Below the pieces are notes generated by a model that was not told the origin of the DNA, did no database searches, and saw nothing but the letters and a program-made list of their open reading frames with translations. A stretch of DNA of 60,291 nucleotides, filler included, from Asterionella formosa (taxonomy: Eukaryota): the NCBI GenBank assembly GCA_002256025.1. It is 13 parts of 13 records of this genome, joined end to end, with 100 filler letters (N's around TTAATTAATTAA, not from the genome) between each part and the next. Parts side by side here need not be neighbours in the genome. Positions count along the whole stretch, not along the records: positions 46,478 to 51,016 come from NKIB01013470.1; positions 51,117 to 55,654 come from NKIB01013471.1; positions 55,755 to 60,291 come from NKIB01013472.1; 10 more parts are not named here. The stretch is one strand, 5' to 3'. Below are positions 48,534 to 58,677 of this stretch, one piece after another. The translations under genes and the position numbers were made by a program. The stretch's first letter is position 1. Each line of letters opens with the position of its first letter.

Positions 48534-49837
48534 TTTTGGGCCTGATCTCTTGTAGACAAAAGAGCATTGTAGAATGGCGCATAGTATATACGAATAAGAT
48601 GTGTTTCAATGCGATGACAAGGCATCAATGAGATATCGTTCTTTGTTATTAAGCCCAATTGGGGGTTTCCGATTTTACTGTTTCTGCTATATCTAAACGT
48701 ATTTAGTAGCTATAATTGAGATCATTTACAATACGCTAGCGACTATTCGATTCTATCTCTTTGACTAGCATACAATTATAAATGAGGGAAAGATGACATG
48801 ATAACTGTCGTCAAATCATCAGCGATTTGTTGTAGTTGTTGCGGACATAATCATGATGAACGATGACTTATTCCGGTACCAATATAACTTTACTGTCTCA
48901 AAAATCAGTCATGTCCAGGGTATATACCGGTATTATATTAATACATATACACAGTATATACTGACTTGACGATGAGCAGAATAGTTGGGTTTGTGCTTGC
49001 TACATTCTAAGTAGTCAACACGGAATCCTATGTCATGTAGGAACCTTTGGAACAAAGCTACTCCATGGTAATGAGCTTAGGTAAAAGTTATTGGGATGCA
49101 TATAGGCATGGAATCTCCTAGCAGTAATAAAATCAACGTGTTTGCATTGTTATTTTCCCTCCTGTTAGCATTGCATTTTAGGGTTACAGAAACCGAAACA
49201 TTGTTTGGGTTGGCGTTTTTGTCCATGGTTAGCAGTGGCCTTAAGTACCAAATGCTTACCTATTTACTTTCAACTTAAGGACCAAATGCTTATAGACTTT
49301 TAACTTAAGGTTGTGGCCCTCGGCTTAACCCTAGTTTGGAGAAAACGTCGCTAGGGTTGTAAAAACGGCATGGAACAGGGAGTTTGCTGCTATGAGTTCC
49401 CATGATTCGAGTGTCCATTTGAATATTTGAATTAAATAGGAGTCGGCGCCAGATAGACAGAAATCCATTTTAAACAAACAAAAATGATATTTAAACGATT
49501 GTGGTAGTATGTCTACGTTGCTGTATGTAGACATAATTTTGCTCAACGCCTAAACACATATTTAAATCAGGAGTATGCCTAAATGAATTCTCATGATATT
49601 GTTTATCCGTTTATATTGAATCTTTGTTGCGGTATGTAGATTTGATATTACTCTACCCCCAAAAGGCATCTACACACTCAAAGGCACATACCGGTATATA
49701 AACCAATACCGGAGCAACGGTGTACCAGGGTACCTGGTACCAGTAGTACCGGTACATAATCTTGGTTAATGACGATAAATGATGAAACTACCGGTAGCAC
49801 TTATTTTACCTACCAGGTACCGGTACATGGCATCTAA

Positions 49838-50850
49838 TACATGTGATTCAAGTATGGCTGGCGAAGTTTTACAAGACCTGGATACTCCAGCCGATCTGGA
49901 GCAGGTGAGTAAATTTAATACAACCAATCAGAATATGTGTAGTGATGCGGGAACTCACCATGGAGTCGTTTCGGACAGAGAATTATTCAGCAAAACATAC
50001 CTACGCAGACTCTAAGTCTACGAGAACGTTTTTGCACGTACTAATTCCGATTCCAATATTTTGGCGACTGTTGAAAAAGCCGATCGGGTCGACTTTTTGG
50101 AAGAGATTGCTCTACATCTACGGGGTTTCATGACGATTAAAATAGATAGCCGTGTACCCTATTGTTAAAGTATTACCTTTTTGATACTAGATCTGTATCG
50201 TTAGACAAAGAAGACTATAGATAGAGACGTTCGTTTCTCTTTCCGTTTCTATATTCTTATTGTGAGTTCACTAATCTAGTTTAGGTTGTTCTGTTTGAAC
50301 AAACAAACGAACTATTCTCCAAATGCTGTTTGCATTTCTAGAAACATACAAAAACGTTACTGGTAAGGTGCACTACCAGGTACCTCGTACTATGACCAAT
50401 GATGATCAGCTACCTGGTACCGGTAGGTCTACCCGGTACTCGGTATTCCTACTCCGTACGGATATGGTTTTCGGATAGGTCTACCCGGTACTCGGTATTC
50501 CTACTCTGTACGGATACCGGTATACGGGTAGGATCGGCCAACACCCAAGAAAATGCTTCATGTGTATCCAGTGTGGCCGGCGTGGGATTGCAAGACCTCG
50601 CAAACCGTGCCAATCGAACGGATATAAGGATAACCAATCAGAATATGATTAATACAGCGGGCAATTACGTTGGAACTTTTTGTACACGAGATTTTACGAC
50701 TACAAATTTTAGCACAAGACTACCATTCCGATGATGACGTTTCGGCGATTACTGATTCTGATTCCGACGTTTGGGTGACCGTTGAAAAGGCCGATATTGT
50801 CGAATTTTTGGACGACGATAGCTCAACGTTGGCAGGGTTTGAAGAAGAGT
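49838..50850. repeat. Two diverged copies of a ~300-bp repeat (~49838-50135 and ~50558-50850)
   Basis: Colinear blocks CATGTG..CAAGACCT..AACCAATCAGAATATG..GATTCC..GTTGAAAA.GCCGAT..TTTTTGGA occur in both. Confidence 0.6.
50163..50351 (-). mobile_element. Partial copy of the Copia A LTR
   Basis: Starts at TGTTAAAGTATTACC and matches 10118 to ~10309. Confidence 0.92.
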
Positions 50851-50895
50851 TAAGTACATACGTAATCTTCATATAGCCCTAGAAGTTAACTTTCG

Positions 50896-51016
50896 GCGAG
50901 AAACTGCAGAAAGGAAATTCGGTTTTTTTACCAGGCCAAATGAACAAGTTAGCCCGGTAAAATCCACTATTTTCAGTATAGTTAAAAAACCGAAGTTCCT
51001 TTCTGCAGTTTCTCGC
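50896..51016. repeat. Inverted repeat/foldback (~33-bp arms, 1 mismatch) at the contig end; possible MITE
   Basis: GCGAGAAACTGCAGAAAGGAAATTCGGTTTTTT ... AAAAAACCGAAGTTCCTTTCTGCAGTTTCTCGC. Confidence 0.85.
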
Positions 51017-51116
51017 NNNNNNNNNNNNNNNNNNNNNNNNNNNNNNNNNNNNNNNNNNNNTTAATTAATTAANNNNNNNNNNNNNNNNNNNNNNNNNNNN
51101 NNNNNNNNNNNNNNNN

Positions 51117-53966
51117 ATAGAGACTTGTCAAGATTCCAATCTCTGTGGGAATTGTTCCAGTGAATTTATTGTTTTACAAAGATAGATAATTGAGACTTGT
51201 CAAGAGTCCAATCTCTGTGGGAAGTGTGCCATTGAAAGTATTGTCAGACAAACCATAGAAAGTATTGTCAGACAAATCTAGATAATTGAGACTTGTCAAG
51301 AGTCCAATCTCTGTGGGAAGTGTGCCAGTGAATATATTGTTGGACAAAGATAGATCAGTGAGACTTGTCAAGAGTCCAATCTCTGTGGGAATTGTTCCAG
51401 TGAATTTATTGTTGGACAAAGATAGAGAAAAGAGACTTGTCAAGAGTCCAATCTCTGTGGGAAGTTTGCCAGTAAAAGAATTGAAGGACAATCTTCTGGA
51501 AAAATCTGACAAATCTAGATAATTGAGACTTGTCAAAAGTCCAATCTCTGTGGGAAGTGAGCCAACGAAAAAATTGAAGGACAAATCTAGATAATTGAGA
51601 CTTGTCAAGAGTCCAATCTCTGTGGGAAGTGAGCTAGTGAAAGAATTGAAGCCAGTGAATATATTGTTGGACAAAGATAGAGAAAAGAGACTTGTCAAGA
51701 GTCCAATCTCTGTAGGAAGTGTGCCAGTAAAAGAATTGAAGGACAAATCTAGATAATTGAGACTTGTCAAGAGTCCAATCTCTGTTGGAATTGTTCCAGT
51801 GATATAATTGTTGGACAAAGATAGAGAAAAGAGATTTGTCATCAGACCAAACTCAGTGGGTAGTTTACCATCCAACCGATTAGGACCCAATGATAAGAAT
51901 GTTAAGCTTGACAAGAGTCCTAGCTCAGTTGGAATTTTTCCAGTCAGATCATTTCCATTTCGAATTAAGTGATCTCCATGTCCAAAGTTCAAATGTCCTG
52001 TATTCATAAAAAGCGTACAAAATATGACATGTCAATATTTTTTTTGCCACAATAAATGCCCTTCAAAGTATTTAATTACTTACTTAGTTTTGTCAACTGA
52101 GGCCAATTTGAACTGATATTTCCAGACATTAAAACATTGTCGCCAAAGTCCATAACAACTGTTTTACAACAAAAAATTTTTACATTTCATGTTGTTAGTT
52201 TTTACTCACTCTTTTCTATCATACTTGTTGTAGCCTGTACTTACAAAGATTGGTCATATTTCCAAAAATGGATGGTAATTCTTCAATGAAGTTAGCTGAG
52301 CAGTTTAAGTACTCTTTTGTAATAAATGGAAAAATGAGAAGTTGTATCAGAAATTAAAAATCATCAAAAACTTTATTTTCTGATATTTTTTGTCTCACCT
52401 ATGTTTGAAAGATGACTGAAGCTCAAAGGTAAGTCAAAAATTGTATTGTTGCTCAAGTCAATGTGATCTGTTTTAGATGACCGAAGCAATATCAAAAAGT
52501 TAGTTTGCATGGTTTTTTAAGCAAAACATGTTTATCACAATGCTCTTACTCAATCTTTCACTTAGAACTGCTACTTCTGGAGGAATGGATCCAACAAGAC
52601 CTTCACCACTGAGTTGCAGTGATGTTATAAATGTTCCATTGCAACCAATTCCTTTCCAATCACAAAAGTTGTAGTAGCCATATTCATTTGGTTCTAGCCA
52701 TTTTTCATAAGTATCTGATTGAGACAAAGTACTTAGCCACGTTTTTCCAAATGCTTCAAAATAGAATACCACCAAAACATAGAATTGAAGCAAGTCGAAA
52801 TCATTTTCAAAACTTTGGTTAGGCAACAGAGCCGTTTCCAACCATGACATTGCCCTTTCCTGAGATGTGCCAGGTATTTCAAGTGCTGCACCATTATCAA
52901 ATGTATTAACAGCCAAGAAACCAAACAAGTTTGAAGAAGGGCTTTGTGATGGAATTTCTGTTGGAGTCATTGTTGGAATATGGCTTGTTGTTGGAGAACC
53001 TGTTGGTGCTAATGTGGGGTTAGGGGTTTGTTTAGGTTTTGTGAGCTGAATGGGAGTTGCAATGATGGTGACTAACAAGCCAATTACCAAGAGTAGCACC
53101 GAAGCAGTCCGCACTTGACGTTTACATTGGGCTCGTTCCTCAGCTTCAAAGTCAACAATAGAGGCACTGGCAAGTTCTGGATCAACCACTAGCTCAGCAT
53201 TGAATAGTGTTGCATGTTCCAGCTGGCCATCGTTGGTGTCAATTGCAACATTACCATTCACATAAGAATTGTTCTGTGAAGATGCCACTAATCCCTGTAC
53301 TGGAAATGCACCAGGAAGTGTCTGTTGTGGTGTTGATGGTGTTGCCACAACTTCTTGAGCCGGAACTATTGATGAGATTTCTGTGACAAAGAAACCAGAA
53401 GTCTGGTTGTCTTCGTGAGGCACCACAGGTATCTCGTGCAAGGTATTGGCTTCTTGGTCTTGTTGTTCAACCTCTGCTGCCTTTGGAAAATTGGTTTCAT
53501 TGCTGTAGTCAACAGACTTCTTGGAAACTTTAGGCACTGCTGCCAAATATTCCAATAAAGTAGCCTCTTCCAACTCATCCTCCTTTGCTTCTTCTGCAAA
53601 AGGGTGAGCATAATATTGGCCAGCGGTAGCAGGAGTAGCAGCAACTGCATATGAACTTTTGTCCATACTGTTTTGCAAGTCTTGGAGAGTTAGGATATCT
53701 GAATCAGACATATTGGCAGAGATTGCATATCTGCTGGAATCTTGATCCTCCTTTTCTGAAGATGTGGGTGCCAACTTCTTTTCCATTTGCATTGTTGCAC
53801 GACTTCTCCCAGCAATAAGGCGCTTCTCTACGGGGAACGAAGATACTTCTTCGTCACAATGAGTCGACAAAGCAGGGGGCTTCTTCACATCCAGGGTGTC
53901 AGTGGGTTCCTTCTTCTTGCTTTCACCTTCATCATTCTTCTTCTTGTTATTGTTGCTTGACGACAT
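51117..53966 (-). CDS. Type II membrane LRR receptor-like protein; exons 53966-52550, 52467-52399, 52313-52245, 52158-52084 and 51997-51174; LRR sequence continues past an in-frame TAA
   Basis: PGAF motif, TM helix, PT-rich stalk, LRR cap (C.W.GI.C) and plant-type LxLSxNxFTGTLPTEIGLLTSL repeats. GT-AG introns restore the frame. Confidence 0.9.
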
Positions 53967-54261
53967 GGTTTGCCTTGTTTGTTGTTAACGGTCTCGAAGG
54001 CGAAGAGAGGACGAAATTAATGGACGATGATGAATTATGACTCAAAATATAATATATTCGTACCGGTTCCAATCTTAGGGGTACGCAAGGCTTATCGCTC
54101 AATATGGATGCATAAAATAATCACTCCCAAAGTCATCGTCAAACCAGCACACGCATGAGAGTATTCCAAGAATATACTGTTGCCCGATTATAAAGCACTC
54201 CAAATAGCATGCTTAGAAGCAAAGAAGATTGTGCAAATGGTACGACGAAAAATCCATGGGA

Positions 54262-54660
54262 ACGACTTGCCTGGCGCAAGTCATGATTAGTTGCACATGC
54301 CGGTGAATTTTTAGTGGACACTTGAATATTAATAATTCTGTTGGAATTTTATGTGAATAATGCTTCCACCGAAAAATTCCATTGGAATGATTTGAAAAAA
54401 ATGAACAACTTGCCTGGCGCAAGTCATGATTAGTTGCACCTAGATTTTTAACGGACACTTGAATATTAATAATTCTGTTGGAATTATGTGAAAACAAAGA
54501 CTACCGGTAACCTGCCTTGCTCAAGTGAATATTAATAATTCTTTTCGAATTATGTGAAAAAACAATGATTAACCTGCCTTGCGCAAGTAATGAAGAGTTG
54601 AACATGTCATTCAAATTATTTGAAAAATTGAATGGCCTGCCTCGCGCAAGTCATGGGAAG
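54262..54660. repeat. Degenerate tandem repeat carrying 5 copies of a TGCCT(G/T/C)GC(G/T)CAAGT motif
   Basis: ACTTGCCTGGCGCAAGTCATGATTAGTTGCAC twice plus three variants, interleaved with GAATATTAATAATTCT. Confidence 0.75.
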
Positions 54661-55520
54661 ATGCACAACAACTTTCTTCACACGTGTTTGATAAGATTGG
54701 TAAAATTCCGTTGGAAATAATTTGAAAAACATGAATGAACTGCCCTTGGATAACGGTACATAATAATAATACCGATTATTCCTTTGGAACTCTTTGAAAA
54801 AGAATGAAAGTACCTGTAAGTGGGGTCTAAACATATATTTATATCTGTTTACACATATACCGTTTGTATGGTCAAAAAGTAGCAGAGTGAAACCAAATGA
54901 CAAAGATCTGAATCCACCAGCACCTGCTAATAATAACAGCTGCTCGTAGTCTACAAGGAGTACATAATAGCAACAGTACACCACTACCGGTAGTTCCATC
55001 ATTTTATTTTTTCATCGTCATATGACGGTATTCATATCTTACAGAAATATCGGTACGTGTACCGGGAGTTCCGGGAAAATCCAAATATTGCGAATATTTG
55101 TCCGTAAACCTTAGGGCCGTTCTTATCATTCTGTTATTTGTTGTCATTGGTGTATCATCGCCGAAATATGATACAAAAATGGCGGTTTGGTTTTTTTTTG
55201 TGTATCACCAACGGTTTTTTTGGTCTGATCACCGGTGTATCATGGGTGTATCACTGATACAGTTTTTGGACCCCTGACCAATGCTGTATCACTGATCAAG
55301 CCGTTGATCACTGTGTATCACGTCCGTTGCCACTGATAAAATAACTGTAAATACGCAAGCACAACACTATTAAATATTGCGCCAACTATTTTTTGTTATA
55401 TATATACTACGGTACTCTGTATACATTACCTTTCAGCTTCGTGAGTCATACAAGAATCAGTAGTCCGCTCATCTCTATACCAATCTTCCAACATCGACTA
55501 TATCTCGATTAATTGGCGCA

Positions 55521-55654
55521 ATGAGCAGCAAAGTAGTGGGTACGGCTGAAACTTCTGATGCTGCCTCTATTCGCATTGATTCGGAAGAGAAGCAATGCGT
55601 TGTAGCTGATGAGGACGTCGAAGATATTGTTGAGTTGTCTACTGCTGATCCAAC
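55521..55654 (+). CDS. Possible 5' end of a hypothetical protein (truncated)
   Basis: ATG in a good context (GCAATGA) and open frame to the contig end; no diagnostic motif. Confidence 0.35.
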
Positions 55655-55898
55655 NNNNNNNNNNNNNNNNNNNNNNNNNNNNNNNNNNNNNNNNNNNNTT
55701 AATTAATTAANNNNNNNNNNNNNNNNNNNNNNNNNNNNNNNNNNNNNNNNNNNNATCAAATATTTAACGTGATGTATTCAGATAATATATAGATATATTC
55801 AACTACGTATTTTGATGTATTCAACTAATTCATGTGATGCATTCAAAATCAACTAGGCTTATTTATGTGATGGTCACTTCACGTAATACGCGGCTTAG

Positions 55899-56309
55899 AT
55901 GTACTACGGAAACCCTATTCCCCTTATGGAGATGGAGATCTACTGTGCTGATATCACTGCTGATGGTTATGAGATTAATGATGATTCGACACATATCACC
56001 AAAAACGACCAAGTCATTATCTCTGATGGGGCTGGAACTATTGTTTTCAACAAAGATGACATGATGTAGAGAAATGTGAAAATTCTTGTCACCTTTGTAA
56101 TTTAAGATCCTGTTACTAAGAATATCATAACCATTGCTGGAAACAATATCACCATCATAAATCTGATGGTAAAATTGGGCAAGGAATCCATTAGGATGCT
56201 GCTGGTAGATAACCAGAACAGTACTCACACTGCCACTCTCATTACCAAGGGAGCTTCTGGAAACCTTCATCACATCGGGGAAACCCAGATATTTAATGTG
56301 GAACAGTGA
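55899..56309 (+). pseudogene. Decayed reading frame of unknown family
   Basis: Protein-like frame MYYGNPIPLMEMEIYCAD..GAGTIVF..HIGETQIF interrupted by isolated TAG and TAA. Confidence 0.3.
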
Positions 56310-57048
56310 TGTCGAGTGGTATGAGCCGTGCCAATCATGGCCGCTACTCCATAAACTCGACAGAAAAGATAGGTGTCCGTGACATGGGCCACATTATCGT
56401 CTATAGAAATCAGCCAAAGGAGTTGCGCATGGAGGATCCTCAGTGCATGTGAATTGCAGCAACTCATCAAATTTAGATTTTCGGTTCTTGGAGGCTTGAA
56501 TCCGTTAAGAACTAAGAACAGTGCATATTCGCATTCATGTGTTTGTCAAAAATGAAACGGTAATTTTGCTGAAATGGACAACGTGATGCAGGACAGGCGC
56601 TCAGAACGGCTAAATAGAGGACGTTATCAACTCTCTCTTTGAATCAACAGCATCATGACTTGTAAGTGATGTAAATAATTATTTCTTCTCACCACGGAAA
56701 CGTCAAAACGAGGCAAATGGCTGAAAAAAAATGACAATGACTGGAGCAGAGGGACGGCCCGAAGCAAAAGTAAGAAAGCCTTGCTTACGTTGCTTTATTC
56801 TCTCCAAACTCAAAATTGTTCTCCTTTTCCCGCCAAAAAGATGAAAACAACCAATAATTTTGGGTTCTATGCATGTCACCAATTAGGATTTGAAGTATTT
56901 GCATGCCAGCGTCATCATATGTAACAATCAGCGGTACCCGATATAACAATTATACCATACCACCATACGATAATATATTTGGAATCCAATGAGTCAAGAA
57001 TCAATATTCTTAGTAGTGATTAGAAACCAAAACCCAAAACATGCGACA

Positions 57049-57170
57049 TTTATTGACAAATGACTGGAGATGTTTACTTATTGACAAGTGAATCAGATGC
57101 TCACTTATTGTCGAATGAATAAGAGATGCTCACTTATTGTCAAATGAATATGCTTTCTTATTGTCAAAGT
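57049..57170. repeat. Short minisatellite (~25-29 bp) built on TTATTG(A/T)C
   Basis: AGATGCTCACTTATTGTC.AATGAAT twice plus three degenerate units. Confidence 0.65.
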
Positions 57171-58677
57171 AAGCAAGATCATTTTGACGGGATCAAGGAA
57201 AGTGTGAGAAGTCTTGTTCGGGATAACATGATTAATCAGGCAAGAACAACAAGACTAGATAGACTATTAACAGAAAGCTTACAATATTACAAAGTGTAAA
57301 GAAGTGAAAATACGTTTTCAGCTTTAGTGATCTTAAAATTAAGATGTGTGATATTTCAACTAGACAATTTAACAACCATATACATGCTGGTGTCTGGACT
57401 CGTGCTGCACAGGGTACCCAAGGTAGCTAGCACTCGTAAGCGCTTGCTTGTATATAATTATTTAGATTAGATTATTTGATCCTTTTCTATTTATTATACA
57501 TTTACCTGTATACTATGGAGTAACTATGCACCGGAAATAAACTAGTCATTGAAAGCGGCTGGATTATGCATGGTGCATCATGTTGTCTCAACCTTGACCA
57601 AGACGAAATCAACAAATATCTCTATGAAAATGAGAATGACACTTTGCTACTAGTACATGTTTGAAGAAAAATATTAAAAAAAACATTCGTAAGCAAAAGA
57701 ATAGTTGTAATAACAGTAATATTGATAACGAAAATTCAAATAGCCGAAAGCTTATCTTTTTATATAACTAACATTTTTTTATTATGGCAGAGGAGCGTTT
57801 CGGCTTTTCGCCGTCAGGACATTCACTCGCTGACCAATAAAATATAATATCACAAAATGTTTACATGACAGCATGACAGGATGCATGCCAGTACAATGGT
57901 ATATGTATCGCGGTATCGATACACTCTGCTGGCAGGTGATGAATTAGCTAAGAGAGGACATGGTAAACTACCAGGTACCGGAACCCTGGCACCTGTGTCA
58001 GAGTGTGTCTGTTAGGCTGTTGATGTCGACAGGGGTTCGAAGACTACCGGTACCGGTAGGTAAAAAAATAGGCTGAGGAATGTCTAAACGGAAATGAACA
58101 GTATTTATATAGCAGAATAATCTGCAGACGAGCGGCGCGAGAAAGAATATCTTGACTGGCCATTCCAGGGCAGTACTGAAGCGCGCCAGAGTAGGCGCCA
58201 TGTATTTTAACATGCCTGATGGGTGTACCTTTTGTATGCCTCAAATTATGATCACACGCCGGAATGTGCAAAAAAATGATCAACATACAGAAATTCATAC
58301 CGGAATATGAAATTAAACATTACTCTTGAGGATATTATGCGCGAACAAAATGCATGAAAAAAGGTGGTACGACCGGTATGTCCACATCGACACTATTCCT
58401 ATTTCTGTACAGTATTTCACATGTACAATACAGGGATTTGAATTCCAGTATATATGATTTATTTCACATCATTCAGGAGATTTATGGGGGGAAACTAAAT
58501 CATATACTGTATTACTCTGTACATCAAAAATATACCGGTAAGAAAAAGTAAAATGACTAAAATGGATGATACAATTCCTCACACCAATAATATGCATAGA
58601 ATGAGAAATAGTATTCACAAAAGCCAGAAGTACCACAGCAACATTACCACAAAAGCAGCAGCTGCTACAGCGCTTCC

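Noticed and set aside
49264..49360. Telomere-like TTAAGG/CCCTAG/TAGGG words
   Set aside because: The words are scattered, not tandem.
51117..51850. CRISPR-like array (constant ~30-bp core with variable intervals)
   Set aside because: The period is 72 bp in frame and encodes LRRs; the context is eukaryotic with no cas genes.
4556..55754. Regularly spaced TTAATTAATTAA palindromes, ORFs running into N-runs, and apparent gene neighbourhoods across the window
   Set aside because: These are artificial concatenation linkers; adjacency across them has no biological meaning.
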